Assembly: GCA_965200315.1 (NCBI GenBank)
Contig: OZ241362.1
Coordinates: 2,944,001 to 3,008,000 of the forward strand
DNA: 64,000 nucleotides
Direction: 5' to 3'
Origin: Candidatus Latescibacterota bacterium
Lineage (GTDB): Bacteria; Latescibacterota; UBA2968; UBA8231
This document shows positions 1 through 9,561 of the stretch, one piece after another (within the stretch, counting starts at the first letter, position 1; each line of letters starts with the position of its first letter). The translations under genes and the position numbers were made by a program. The notes beneath the pieces were generated by a model. It was not told where the DNA came from, did no database searches, and saw only the letters and a program-made list of their open reading frames with translations.

Positions 1-294
1 TCGCAAGTGGAGGGCGAAGATCGTCAGAGCTTTGTCGAACGGTGGCAGCAAAAGACGCCAGCCGAGATCAAGGCTCAACTAAGGCGAGAAATAGCCGAAG
101 AGCGCATCATCAACGAACGCATTGGTTACTTACTCTTCGATTCCTCTACGCTAGGCGATCAGCGCACATCGCCATTCTTTTATTTTCTTCGCGATTCCAA
201 TGGTTGGAAAATCACTTCCCACCTAGACAGCACCTTCCACCAAGAGTTAGAGCAAGCCATTGAGCGCGGTGAGTACAAACTACCCGACTTCTAA
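1..294 (+). CDS. Hypothetical protein, C-terminal part (runs off window start)
   Basis: Frame 1 is open from position 1 to TAA at 292-294; no family recognised. Confidence 0.5.
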   Translation, partial: SQVEGEDRQSFVERWQQKTPAEIKAQLRREIAEERIINERIGYLLFDSSTLGDQRTSPFFYFLRDSNGWKITSHLDSTFHQELEQAIERGEYKLPDF

Positions 295-323
295 CTCCTT
301 CCCATCAGACATTAACTCTTTCC

Positions 324-857
324 TCAACTAGGCGGCTCTAAGTTCCAAGTCCCTATAATGCCCATTATCATATCCCACTGTTTGTCGTCCATCGCCTCTA
401 CCAGAGCGAGCAGGCGTAACACATCGCGCTCCTTCTGTTTCTTGCGCGCCCGAGCAACGACCTCTAACCACGGTTGATCCCCGAGTAGAGCCAAGATTTC
501 TGGATTAGATAGTATCCCTAAGAGGGCTGGGTCCAAGGACTCTTGGCTAGACAGGAGCTTGTTGACTACTGGGTCCGACAGCGAGCGCATCATCTTGCCA
601 TAGAGCGCACGTCCTTCCTCCGAACTCGCCTTGGCCTCATAAGCAGCAATCAACACTCTGTTAGAGTCGAGTTCCAAAACCTCGGCCAACTTGAGACACA
701 CTTCGTCGGAAGGTACCTTCTCCCCTTTCTCAATTTGTCCTATATAGGTTGCCCATACGCCCTTGGGCCTTCGCGTCGTCACGAGTTGTTGGGCCAGTCT
801 CTGCTGGCTCAGGTGGGCTTGTAACCGGGCCTCCTTGATCATTTCTGCAAACTGCAT
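324..857 (-). CDS. XRE/Cro-C1 family HTH transcriptional regulator
   Basis: N-terminal MIKEARLQAHLSQQRLA...YIGQIEKGEKVPSDEVCLKLAEVL is an HTH_3 pattern; GAGGGA SD upstream. Confidence 0.85.
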   Translation of the reverse strand: MQFAEMIKEARLQAHLSQQRLAQQLVTTRRPKGVWATYIGQIEKGEKVPSDEVCLKLAEVLELDSNRVLIAAYEAKASSEEGRALYGKMMRSLSDPVVNKLLSSQESLDPALLGILSNPEILALLGDQPWLEVVARARKKQKERDVLRLLALVEAMDDKQWDMIMGIIGTWNLEPPS

Positions 858-896
858 TTGCGATCCCTCTGAACTATTTTCAAATCATCTCTGTCA

Positions 897-925
897 AAGA
901 TACGCACACACTTGTAAGTGTGCAA
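897..925 (-). promoter_or_regulatory. Sigma70-type promoter of the XRE gene, with palindromic operator in its spacer
   Basis: Minus strand TTGCAC(925-920)-N17-TATCTT(902-897); palindrome GCACAC-N8-GTGTGC at 904-923. Confidence 0.55.
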
Positions 926-961
926 GACTCCCTTGTTATTTCTTTGGATCCATTTTTCCGC

Positions 962-990
962 TTGACAACACAATCTAGCGTGTGTATTTT
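962..990 (+). promoter_or_regulatory. Sigma70-type promoter of the candidate ncRNA, with operator in its spacer
   Basis: TTGACA(962-967)-N17-TATTTT(985-990); ACAC-N8-GTGT at 968-983. Confidence 0.65.
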
Positions 991-996
991 TGTTTC

Positions 997-1200
997 TAAA
1001 TAGAGTGTGGCGGTCCGCTGAGCGTGGCCAAAGTCTTGATACGCGAAGCTCGGATTTCCCTTTTCGGGCCGTTGAGATCTTCAAAACTACCTCCCCACAC
1101 CGCCTCGTTTGAGGATCTCACTTGCTCTTCAAGATCACACCATCTGGCCGCCATACTCTTTATTTTATAAGCAGCCCATTTTTAGATGGGCTGCTTTTTT
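997..1200 (+). ncRNA. Candidate structured small RNA, family not recognised
   Basis: Nested helices 1002-1015/1146-1159 (14 bp), 1033-1039/1129-1135, 1048-1054/1063-1069 and 1073-1085/1108-1120 (13 bp). All non-Watson-Crick pairs are G-U on the + strand. Bounded by a promoter and an intrinsic terminator. Confidence 0.65.
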
Positions 1201-1206
1201 ATTTTT
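1169..1206 (+). terminator. Intrinsic terminator
   Basis: AAGCAGCCCAT-ttttag-ATGGGCTGCTT followed by a T run. Confidence 0.85.
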
Positions 1207-1233
1207 AGCCTTTACGCCGATTCTTTATACGCC

Positions 1234-2349
1234 ATGCGTATCTGTATGGTCGCCTTCACCGACCTGAACTTCGACTACCGCATCTACCGAGAGGCTACTT
1301 CGCTGCGCCGCGCTGGTCACCAAGTCGTCATTGTCGCCTCCTCTTTCAACTCAGCCCCTCTCAAGGGATGGGACGATTTTGAAATCTATCCGATTCCGCT
1401 AGACCGGAGCCGCTCCCTGCGCCGCCTCTACCCTTTGTTTTGGCAACGGGCCTATCCCCTGCTCGTCGAGACCCAGCCGGATGCTTATCACGCCCACGAC
1501 TTAGACTCGCTCTGGCCAGCAGTACGAGCGGCACAACGACTAGATCGGCCTATCATCTATGATGCACACGAATTTTGGACCGAGCAGTCCTCACTGGTCA
1601 ACCGACCGCTGATGCGGTCCTGCTGGCGTTTGCTAGAGAGACGGCTGATAAGACGGGTAGATCGCGTCATAACCGTCAGCGGGTCTATCGCCCAATCGCT
1701 CAGGGAGCGTTACCGCCTTGACGAGGTCGTCGTTCTGCGCAATTTGCCACTGTTTCGCCACAAGGTCCAAAGCAACCTGATACGCGAAACGCTAAATTTG
1801 CCCGATGATCGCCCCGTTGCTCTCTACCAAGGAGGATTTCTCACCGAAAATGGCTTGCGCGAGCAAATTGAGGCCGCCGCGGGACTGGACGCCGCCCTAG
1901 TTCTAATTGGGGACGGGCCGAGTGAACAGGCCCTGAGGAACCAAGTTCGCGCTGCGAGCCTAGAGGACCGGGTCTATTTTATTCCTCGGGTGCCCTTTTA
2001 CCAACTTCACAATTATACTTGCTCGGCCGACTTGGGGCTGTGTCTGATCAAAGGCACAGGCAAGAGCTTCTATTACTCGCTGCCCAACAAGCTTTTCGAG
2101 TATATGATGGCCGGATTACCCGTTCTAGCTAGCAACTTTCCTGAAATGGAGCGCATTGTCCGCAAAACGCGCACCGGAGCCACGGTCGATCCAACCAATA
2201 TAGCCGCTATTCGAGATCAGATCGCCGCTTTTTTGGACAATGCAGCACAGCGAGAGACGTGCGTCAAGGCGAGTTTGCAGGCGGCACGGCACTATAACTG
2301 GGAACGAGAAGCCGCTCAACTTACCCAGCTTTACGAAACCTTAACATGA
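1234..2349 (+). CDS. Glycosyltransferase family 4
   Basis: YHAHD, IIYDAHE and SLPNKLFEYMMAGLPVLAS motifs; start moved to ATG 1234 (MRICMV). Confidence 0.9.
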   Translation: MRICMVAFTDLNFDYRIYREATSLRRAGHQVVIVASSFNSAPLKGWDDFEIYPIPLDRSRSLRRLYPLFWQRAYPLLVETQPDAYHAHDLDSLWPAVRAAQRLDRPIIYDAHEFWTEQSSLVNRPLMRSCWRLLERRLIRRVDRVITVSGSIAQSLRERYRLDEVVVLRNLPLFRHKVQSNLIRETLNLPDDRPVALYQGGFLTENGLREQIEAAAGLDAALVLIGDGPSEQALRNQVRAASLEDRVYFIPRVPFYQLHNYTCSADLGLCLIKGTGKSFYYSLPNKLFEYMMAGLPVLASNFPEMERIVRKTRTGATVDPTNIAAIRDQIAAFLDNAAQRETCVKASLQAARHYNWEREAAQLTQLYETLT

Positions 2350-3275
2350 GTGCCCCGCTGACGCTTAGCGTCGTAATACCTACCTATGACGAGCCTGAGC
2401 GCCTCGAAGCAGCACTTAAGAGCCTGTCGCAGCAAGATTACCCTCGCGAAGCGACCCAAATCATCGTGGTGGACGATGCCTCCCCCCATTTGGACGCCGA
2501 GCGGCTGTATGCGGCGATCGCGCCGTTAGAGTTGCAGCTACTCCGCAACGAACAGAACCAGGGACGCGCTCGGGCGCGCAACGCTGCACTTCGGGTCGCC
2601 AGCGGCGATATCGTCGTCTTTCTCGACAGTGACATGACCGTCGGCACCAATTTTCTCCGCGCCCATGCCCAACGGCATCAAAACCACGCGGAAGCCGTTT
2701 TTGTCGGCAATATCCGCTTTGCCAGTGAAATTCCCGCTACCTCCCTGACTCGCTATCTCGAAGGGAGGGGGGTCCATAGGGTCAATGCGGATAAGACCAT
2801 ACCTTTCAAGTGCTTCGTCACCGGCAACTCCTCGGTTCGCCGGTCATCCCTGCTGCGCGTAGGATTTTTCGACGAGGACCTCACGGCTTATGGGGGCGAA
2901 GATCTAGAATTAGGGTATCGCCTCCATTTGGCGGGTATTCCGCTTTGCTATGCCCCTGAAGCCCTGTCGCACCACAATCACTTGCGTTCGTTGGAGCCGC
3001 TCTGCCGCCTGATGCAGACCTACGGCAGCAAGTCAATCCCGATCCTTTTAAAAAAGCATCCCGAGCTCGACGCCGTACTCCGGTTGGACTTTATCAGGGC
3101 CGCTGCTTTCTCCCCTCGGCGGCTCGCGCTCCAGCTAGTCCTGTTGTCGCCGATTCACTACCCAATTCGCTGGGTGACCCGCTGGCTTGTGAAAATCTAT
3201 GTCCCGGATCTGTTTTTTAGTTATTTGTTCTGGTCCAGCCGTACGCGGGGTTACATGCGTCCTCTAAACAAATAA
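2346..3275 (+). CDS. Glycosyltransferase family 2
   Basis: SVVIPTY, IIVVDDAS, FLDSD (DxD), GGEDLELG. Confidence 0.9.
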   Translation: MSAPLTLSVVIPTYDEPERLEAALKSLSQQDYPREATQIIVVDDASPHLDAERLYAAIAPLELQLLRNEQNQGRARARNAALRVASGDIVVFLDSDMTVGTNFLRAHAQRHQNHAEAVFVGNIRFASEIPATSLTRYLEGRGVHRVNADKTIPFKCFVTGNSSVRRSSLLRVGFFDEDLTAYGGEDLELGYRLHLAGIPLCYAPEALSHHNHLRSLEPLCRLMQTYGSKSIPILLKKHPELDAVLRLDFIRAAAFSPRRLALQLVLLSPIHYPIRWVTRWLVKIYVPDLFFSYLFWSSRTRGYMRPLNK

Positions 3276-3303
3276 AGAATAACGACTTATATTATATAGC
3301 CTT

Positions 3304-4134
3304 ATGGGTACGCACTATCCCCGTTTCTCCCAAGTTCTCCGCGTAGCTCTACCTGCGCTCCTGCTAGCCCAATTCGTAGTTTGGCCCATCGTCGGCCTTT
3401 TATCTCTACATGCTGGTATTGTTGCCGCCGAATGTACCCTTTTGTGGTTTGTTGCTCTTTATATTCGCCGTCATCGCCTAATTGCCGAAGACCTGCTTCT
3501 GTTCAACGCCACACCGGCTGCGACCCTGTTGCTGACAATCCCGGCGACTATTTGCTGTAGCCTCGTAATCGCCGAACTCGACTTGTATATGGCCTATCTT
3601 CTCGGCCTGATAGACCTGTCCATGCCGCTGTCTTTGAAGAAAAACCTGCTAGAGATTCAGATTGTCCGCGGACTAGCGGAGATCCCGAAGGGACTGCTAA
3701 CACTAGTGCTAGTACCTGTGTTTTGCGAAGAGCCCCTCTTCCGAGGACTTGTGTTCACGAGCCTTTGCGCCCATTATGGGCCGCGCTGGGCGCTAGGCGG
3801 TTCAGCCCTGCTGTTTGCCATTTCTCACTTCAACCCTTGGCAAATGATCCCTCTCTTCCTCTTTGGGCTCTTCCTCGGCGCTTTAGTTTACTGGACTCAC
3901 AGCATCTATCCTGCCATGCTCGCCCACGCGGTCAACAACTTGACTTCGATGACTGGGATCAACTTGCACACTTACTTAGGCATAGATGGCCTCGGTCCCT
4001 CCCAACATCTCCCCATGCCCTTGGCCTTGCTCGCCGGCTTACTCCTGCTTGCCGGCCTCCTGCTTATCAGCCGTCAACGTACCATTATGCCGCTGTTGAC
4101 TAGGCGGGAATTCGCTCCGCCCGATTACAACTGA
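3304..4134 (+). CDS. CPBP (CAAX protease/Abi) family intramembrane metalloprotease
   Basis: EEPLFRG, FAISH and AHAVNN motifs; multiple TM segments. Confidence 0.85.
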   Translation: MGTHYPRFSQVLRVALPALLLAQFVVWPIVGLLSLHAGIVAAECTLLWFVALYIRRHRLIAEDLLLFNATPAATLLLTIPATICCSLVIAELDLYMAYLLGLIDLSMPLSLKKNLLEIQIVRGLAEIPKGLLTLVLVPVFCEEPLFRGLVFTSLCAHYGPRWALGGSALLFAISHFNPWQMIPLFLFGLFLGALVYWTHSIYPAMLAHAVNNLTSMTGINLHTYLGIDGLGPSQHLPMPLALLAGLLLLAGLLLISRQRTIMPLLTRREFAPPDYN

Positions 4135-4182
4135 ACTGTTTAGAGGAGAGGCAGTTACATAGAAAAACGTTCCCTGATTAAA

Positions 4183-5052
4183 TCAGCTCAGTACCTTCGC
4201 TACTGTTTCCCCAATTTCCGCAGGACTCTCACAGATGTGAATGCCTGCTTCCCGCATCGCCGCCATCTTGTCCTCGGCCGTCCCCTTACCCCCTGAAATA
4301 ATAGCTCCTGCATGTCCCATCCGCCGCCCCGGAGGTGCCGTGCGCCCCGCGATAAAGCCAACAACAGGCTTGTCGTAGCACTCTTTGATATAGGCAGCCG
4401 CTTCTTCTTCAGCCGTGCCCCCGATCTCGCCGATCATTACGACCGCATCGGTCTCGGGGTCGTCCTTAAAGAGTGCCAGCGCGTCCACAAAGCGCGTACC
4501 GATGATTGGGTCGCCGCCAATGCCGATAGCTGTGGACTGGCCTAGGCCCTGCTCAGTGAGCTGCCCCACGGCTTCATAGGTCAGCGTTCCACTGCGCGAG
4601 ATAATGCCCACGCGACCGGGCTGGTGGATAAAGTGAGGCATAATGCCGATTTTGCACTTTCCCGGCGAGATTACGCCGGGGCAATTAGGCCCGATCAGTC
4701 GAGTGGAGCGCACCTGTACATAATGGTAGGCTTTAACCATGTCACTCACGGGGATGTTCTCGGTGATACAGATGACTAGCTCTATACCGGCATCGGCCGC
4801 TTCCATGATGGCGTCAGCGGCAAAGGGAGCTGGCACAAAGATGATTGAAGCATTGGCTCCCGAGGCCTCAACGCCTTCGGCGACCGTGTTAAACACCGGA
4901 ACGCCTTCAAATTCTTGGCCGCCTTTGCGAGGTGTTGCTCCCCCGACCACTTTAGTGCCGTACTCCAGCATTTGTCGCGTGTGAAATGATCCCTCCGACC
5001 CCGTAATCGCCTGTACGAAGACCTTGGTGTTTTCGTCGATTAAAACGCTCAT
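4183..5052 (-). CDS. sucD: Succinyl-CoA ligase alpha subunit
   Basis: [25 protein letters not shown]; start set at ATG 5052. Confidence 0.97.
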   Translation of the reverse strand: MSVLIDENTKVFVQAITGSEGSFHTRQMLEYGTKVVGGATPRKGGQEFEGVPVFNTVAEGVEASGANASIIFVPAPFAADAIMEAADAGIELVICITENIPVSDMVKAYHYVQVRSTRLIGPNCPGVISPGKCKIGIMPHFIHQPGRVGIISRSGTLTYEAVGQLTEQGLGQSTAIGIGGDPIIGTRFVDALALFKDDPETDAVVMIGEIGGTAEEEAAAYIKECYDKPVVGFIAGRTAPPGRRMGHAGAIISGGKGTAEDKMAAMREAGIHICESPAEIGETVAKVLS

Positions 5053-5065
5053 CCCTGTATTCCTT

Positions 5066-6223
5066 TTACCGAATAGCCGCCTTGACCATCGCCGCCGCGT
5101 CTTGCAGCCCGTGTCCAACGGCAAAGTCCATGTCGGAGTTTGCCAGCATCTCGGCGGCCACATCTGCGTTGGTACCAGCCAGCCGCACGACGATCGGCAC
5201 ATTGATTTCGATATTTTTGCGCGCCTCAATCACGCCAGCGGCCACGCGGTCGCAGCGCACAATGCCTCCGAAGATATTGATGAGTATGGCCTTTACATTC
5301 GGGTCGGAGAGTAAGATTCGGAAGCCATTTTCCACGGTCTCAGCGCTGGCCCCCCCGCCTACGTCCAGAAAATTGGCCGGCTCAGCACCGGACAGCTTGA
5401 TAATGTCCATGGTGGCCATCGCCAGTCCGGCACCGTTGACCATACAGCCGATATTGCCGTCGAGTTTGATGTAGTTCAGATCGTATTTGGCCGCTTTGAC
5501 CTCCAACTCCTCTTCTTCATCTAGATCGCGCATTTCCGCTAAATCAGAGTGGCGGAAGAGTGCGTTGTCGTCTAGGTCTATTTTGGCATCTAGCGCCAAA
5601 AGCTGCCCATCGGCGGTCGCCACCAAAGGATTGACCTCGACCAGTGAGCAGTCGGCATCGACATAAGCTCTGTAGAGACTGAGGATAAAACTGGCTGCTT
5701 GGCGAACCTGCTTGCCCTCGAAACCAAGCCCAAAGGCTAGGCGCATCGCTTGGAATGCCTGTAGCCCTACGCTAGGATCAACCGTTTCCTTGAGAATTTT
5801 TTCTGGGGTCGCCGCGGCGACCTCTTCGATCGCAACGCCGCCCTCTTGGCTGGCCATAATCACTGGCTTGCTCTGGGCCCGGTCGAGCGTGATGCCCAGA
5901 TAAAACTCGCGTTCTATATCCGAGGCCTGCTCCACTAGGACTTGCTTGACCTTTTGGCCTTCCGGGCCGGTCTGGTGCGTAACGAGCTGCATGCCGAGAA
6001 TCTCGCTGGCCGCTTGGAGAGCCTCTTCGGGATTAGCAGCCAGTTTGACGCCTCCGCCCTTGCCGCGACCTCCAGCGTGGATTTGGGCCTTAACTACGAC
6101 CTTTCCACCCAATCCAGCGGCCACGCGTTCGGCTTGATCGGCTGTGGTGGCCACGTCGCCACTTGGTACGGCGACTTGGTACTGGTGCAAAATTTTTTTG
6201 GCTTGATATTCGTGAATTTTCAT
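5066..6223 (-). CDS. sucC: Succinyl-CoA ligase beta subunit
   Basis: [31 protein letters not shown]. Confidence 0.97.
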   Translation of the reverse strand: MKIHEYQAKKILHQYQVAVPSGDVATTADQAERVAAGLGGKVVVKAQIHAGGRGKGGGVKLAANPEEALQAASEILGMQLVTHQTGPEGQKVKQVLVEQASDIEREFYLGITLDRAQSKPVIMASQEGGVAIEEVAAATPEKILKETVDPSVGLQAFQAMRLAFGLGFEGKQVRQAASFILSLYRAYVDADCSLVEVNPLVATADGQLLALDAKIDLDDNALFRHSDLAEMRDLDEEEELEVKAAKYDLNYIKLDGNIGCMVNGAGLAMATMDIIKLSGAEPANFLDVGGGASAETVENGFRILLSDPNVKAILINIFGGIVRCDRVAAGVIEARKNIEINVPIVVRLAGTNADVAAEMLANSDMDFAVGHGLQDAAAMVKAAIR

Positions 6224-6380
6224 AAGCGTTATCTATTTAATTAGGTGAAAGGAACGCAAAAGAGTATAAAAACCTTCCCCCACCAGCAAGGCGATCTAGG
6301 AAGAACCAAACTAGGGCTGTTGATCGTTGGGAAAGTCCCGTAATATTCAGGCACATCCAAAGACCCCAAGGAGGTAACCC

Positions 6381-7133
6381 GTGAAGATTTTGTTAGTCGG
6401 CGGGGCTGGCCACGTCGGCACCTGCACTACTCCCTACCTTAGACGCCATCACGATCTGCGCGTGTTGGACCTAGCCAAGCCTCGGCATGAGGTAGAATAC
6501 ATTGAAGGCTCTATCGCCGACCCGGAGGCCCTCGCCTGCGCCCTAGATGGGGTGGATGCCTTCATCAACTTGACCATGAAGAGCGGCCAAGGCGGCCTCG
6601 ACAACCACCAGACCGAGCCCCAGATCGTCGATAATTACACGGTCAACTGTATGGGGCTGCACCTGCTCCTGTACACTGCTTGGAGGCTAGGTATCAAAAG
6701 AGGCGTTCACACCTCCACCATGAGCACCCACTATCGCGCCCGTTCCTATTATCCGTCCGAGGAGGAAGTACCACTTGATAGCCCTAGTGTGTACGGCTTC
6801 ACTAAGGGGCTCGCCGAGGGCATTTGTCACTACTTCGCCCGCCAATTTGACCTGAACTTGGCGGTCCTTCGCATTACTGGTCCGCGCACTCGAGAGCAAT
6901 TCCTAGAACAAGCCAAAAATCCACCACACTACCCTCCCGGCGGTCTTTACTTTACCGACGAGGAAGATTTGGCCAACGCCTATCTAGCGGCTCTAGACTA
7001 CGTTTACACTGGTCATGGCCGCTGCGACGCCTTCTTCATATCGGGCGACGCCGACCACCGCGAGATGAACATGTCCAAAGCACGATCTATTTTGGGCTGG
7101 GAGCCTAAATCGCACCTGATGCTGGAGGAGTGA
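6381..7133 (+). CDS. NAD-dependent epimerase/dehydratase family protein
   Basis: GGAGHVG Rossmann motif, YGFTK (YxxxK); SD AGGAGG. Confidence 0.85.
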   Translation: MKILLVGGAGHVGTCTTPYLRRHHDLRVLDLAKPRHEVEYIEGSIADPEALACALDGVDAFINLTMKSGQGGLDNHQTEPQIVDNYTVNCMGLHLLLYTAWRLGIKRGVHTSTMSTHYRARSYYPSEEEVPLDSPSVYGFTKGLAEGICHYFARQFDLNLAVLRITGPRTREQFLEQAKNPPHYPPGGLYFTDEEDLANAYLAALDYVYTGHGRCDAFFISGDADHREMNMSKARSILGWEPKSHLMLEE

Positions 7134-7218
7134 GAATCCCACGCGGATAAGTATGTTCCTAATGACTGCAAACTCTGAACAAAATCTGCCGAAATCCCCA
7201 ATCACCTAGGCACAAGTC

Positions 7219-7250
7219 AAAAAACAGGCCCAACCATTTGGTGGAGCCTG
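7219..7250 (-). terminator. Probable intrinsic terminator after rpmA
   Basis: Minus strand CAGGCTCCACC-aaat-GGTTGGGCCTG-TTTTTT. Confidence 0.6.
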
Positions 7251-7298
7251 CTTCATTCACTGTTGGACTATTCGCGTTGTGATTTAGTAACGCATTTC

Positions 7299-7553
7299 TT
7301 AGGCGGCGTAAACGTTCACCCGCTTGCCCTTCCTGCCAAAAGATTCAAATTTCACCTGCCCGTCAATGGTGGCGAAGAGCGTGTCATCCCCGCCCTTCTT
7401 GACGTTGACGCCCGGATGAATGCGCGTCCCGCGTTGCCGGACGATAATTGAGCCCGAGCGGACTTTCTCGCCACCAAAGCGTTTGACACCCAGACGCTGG
7501 GCATTGCTATCGCGCCCGTTTTTAGAACTGCCGACACCTTTTTTATGAGCCAT
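7299..7553 (-). CDS. rpmA: 50S ribosomal protein L27
   Basis: [16 protein letters not shown]...RLGVKRFGG. Confidence 0.98.
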   Translation of the reverse strand: MAHKKGVGSSKNGRDSNAQRLGVKRFGGEKVRSGSIIVRQRGTRIHPGVNVKKGGDDTLFATIDGQVKFESFGRKGKRVNVYAA

Positions 7554-7573
7554 AATACCTAATCCTTTCGCAC

Positions 7574-7891
7574 TCAGTTCGGGAGAACGATGTCCTCGAC
7601 CCGAATCTCTGTGTAATCTTGGCGGTGGCCGGTGCGCCGCCGGTATTTCTTGCGCCGTTTCTTCTTGAAAACGACAATCTTGTCGCCGCGACCATGGCCG
7701 ACGACCGTCGCCGAAACACTGGCCCCCTCGACCGTGGGACTGCCAACCCTAGTTTCGTCGTCGCCGGAAACCAGCAGGACGTCGGTAAATTCTTGGGTGC
7801 TACCTTCTTCGGCCTGAAGCCGAGGTACGCGCAGACACTGACCCTTGTCGACTTTGACCTGATGGCCGGCGATATTGACAACTGCATACAT
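7574..7891 (-). CDS. rplU: 50S ribosomal protein L21
   Basis: [14 protein letters not shown]...[19 protein letters not shown]; start 7891. Confidence 0.97.
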   Translation of the reverse strand: MYAVVNIAGHQVKVDKGQCLRVPRLQAEEGSTQEFTDVLLVSGDDETRVGSPTVEGASVSATVVGHGRGDKIVVFKKKRRKKYRRRTGHRQDYTEIRVEDIVLPN

Positions 7892-7972
7892 GAATTGCAC
7901 TCCTACGCTAAGACTGCACTGCTTCACAATCAACCAAGAAACTTTTAAAGATATAGGTCGGAATTTTTTCTG

Positions 7973-9496
7973 TCAAACTCGAAACTCGGCCGTCACATCT
8001 AGGCTGCGCTTGGTCGAGAAGAACCGATAGTCTTGGGGCCCCAACGTGGAATCGGTTTCTATTTGGAGGCGAGCTTTGGTCGCCTTGCGCAATGACTTGA
8101 GCCGTTCTTCGCGGTTTTCTAGCATATAGGTGGCCACCTCGGGATGGACCTTTAACACGTAGCGCCTTTCGCGGGTGGCTGCATAGGAACGCTGAAGCCA
8201 GCGTTCAATCCAAGTAAGGGTGGTGTCTGGCCCCATAATTCGGCCCGTGCCGCTGCAAATGGGACAAGGTTCACTATGAGTGTACAAGAGGTTTGGCCGG
8301 ACGCGCTGGCGCGTCATTTCGACCAAGCCAAACTCGCTTATGTGTGGGCTGATGGAGACCTTCGCCCGATCCCTTTTGAACTCCTCGACTAAGCAGTCAA
8401 CGACCTTTTTGCGGTTGCGCTCCTCGTTCATATCGATAAAATCGATGACGATAATACCGCCAATGTCGCGGAGCTTGAGCTGGCGGGCAATCTCACGAGC
8501 TGCCCTCAGATTGGTATTGAGATTGTTTTCCTCCTGATCGTCGGAGCCGAGGTAACGGGCTGAATTCACGTCGATAAAAGTCCCCGCCTCAGCGTAGTCG
8601 ATGACCAAGGCTCCGCCGCGGCGCAACCACACAGTGCGATTGGTCGCCTTCTCGATGTCTTCCTCAATGCTGAAGGCATCGAAAATGGGCCGACGATCCC
8701 GGTAAAGCTCCACCCTTTGGCGCAATTCAGGTGAAACTTGTCGCAAATAAGCCGTGATCTCTTTGTACAGCTCTTTGCTATCGACGACTAGTCGTTCCAC
8801 ATTGTCGGTGAACAAGTCGCGTATTATGCTGGAGGTCATGCCCATTTCCTTGTACACTAAGGCAGGTGCTTCGACCTTTCTGCTCGCCTTGGTCAGACGC
8901 TCGTGGTTTCTCACTAGCTGCTTCATATCGCGTTTGAACTCGCGATCACTCTGCCCCTGTCCTTCGGTGCGCACGATTACCGAGTAGCCATCGGGCTTGA
9001 TCCTAAATACCAGATCTCTCAGTCTTTTGCGTTCGTTTCGACTGGTGATTTTGCGCGAGACACCAACCCAGTTGCCTCCCGGAACCAACACCATAAAACG
9101 CCCCGGAAGCGATAGCTGAGTCGTCACACGGGCACCTTTGGTGCCGATAGGCTCTTTGGTGATTTGCACCAACACCTGTTCGCCCTTCTTGATAAGGTTT
9201 TGAATACTAGGATAACCGCGATGGCGAGTGCGGTGCCCGTTGCGCGCCCCATCAGTCTCTCCTCTATCCGCTTCTACCATATCGCGCACTTGGAGGAACG
9301 CGGTGCGGTCGTGGCCTATCTCGACAAAAGCGGCCTGTAATCCAGGCAAAACGGCCGTTGCAATCCCTTTGTATATATCCCCTACCGTCCGTTCGTTTTC
9401 GGGTCTTTCGATCCAGACTTCAGCTAGACGCCCAGCTTCCAAGATGGCAATACGGGATTCGTGAATTCCTTGGTTGATAAAAATTTCTGTTTGCAC
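7973..9496 (-). CDS. rng: Rne/Rng family ribonuclease (RNase G-like)
   Basis: S1 domain, IDVNS, RDIGGIIVIDFIDM, CPICSGTG Zn link. Confidence 0.92.
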   Translation of the reverse strand: MQTEIFINQGIHESRIAILEAGRLAEVWIERPENERTVGDIYKGIATAVLPGLQAAFVEIGHDRTAFLQVRDMVEADRGETDGARNGHRTRHRGYPSIQNLIKKGEQVLVQITKEPIGTKGARVTTQLSLPGRFMVLVPGGNWVGVSRKITSRNERKRLRDLVFRIKPDGYSVIVRTEGQGQSDREFKRDMKQLVRNHERLTKASRKVEAPALVYKEMGMTSSIIRDLFTDNVERLVVDSKELYKEITAYLRQVSPELRQRVELYRDRRPIFDAFSIEEDIEKATNRTVWLRRGGALVIDYAEAGTFIDVNSARYLGSDDQEENNLNTNLRAAREIARQLKLRDIGGIIVIDFIDMNEERNRKKVVDCLVEEFKRDRAKVSISPHISEFGLVEMTRQRVRPNLLYTHSEPCPICSGTGRIMGPDTTLTWIERWLQRSYAATRERRYVLKVHPEVATYMLENREERLKSLRKATKARLQIETDSTLGPQDYRFFSTKRSLDVTAEFRV

Positions 9497-9561
9497 GATC
9501 TGTCCTCACGCTTAGTAGTCATTATTAGTATCGGCGATTTCAAAGTCCTGATTATCGCCAT

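Noticed and set aside
1005-1112. 35-codon GTG ORF inside the candidate ncRNA, as a possible cro-like or leader peptide
   Set aside because: No SD, start buried in the 14-bp stem, no HTH features; RNA structure explains the region better
997-1165. Naming the RNA as 6S, SRP, tmRNA or a riboswitch
   Set aside because: No diagnostic motifs seen, and the branched fold is unlike a 6S rod; 6S cannot be fully excluded without a covariance-model search
1186-1233. ORF-track start of the GT4 gene at 1186
   Set aside because: That ATG lies in the terminator stem; the family-typical N-terminus starts at 1234
7143-7156. GGATAAGTATGT shared with the 12952 DnaA box region
   Set aside because: Single box with two mismatches; plausibly chance
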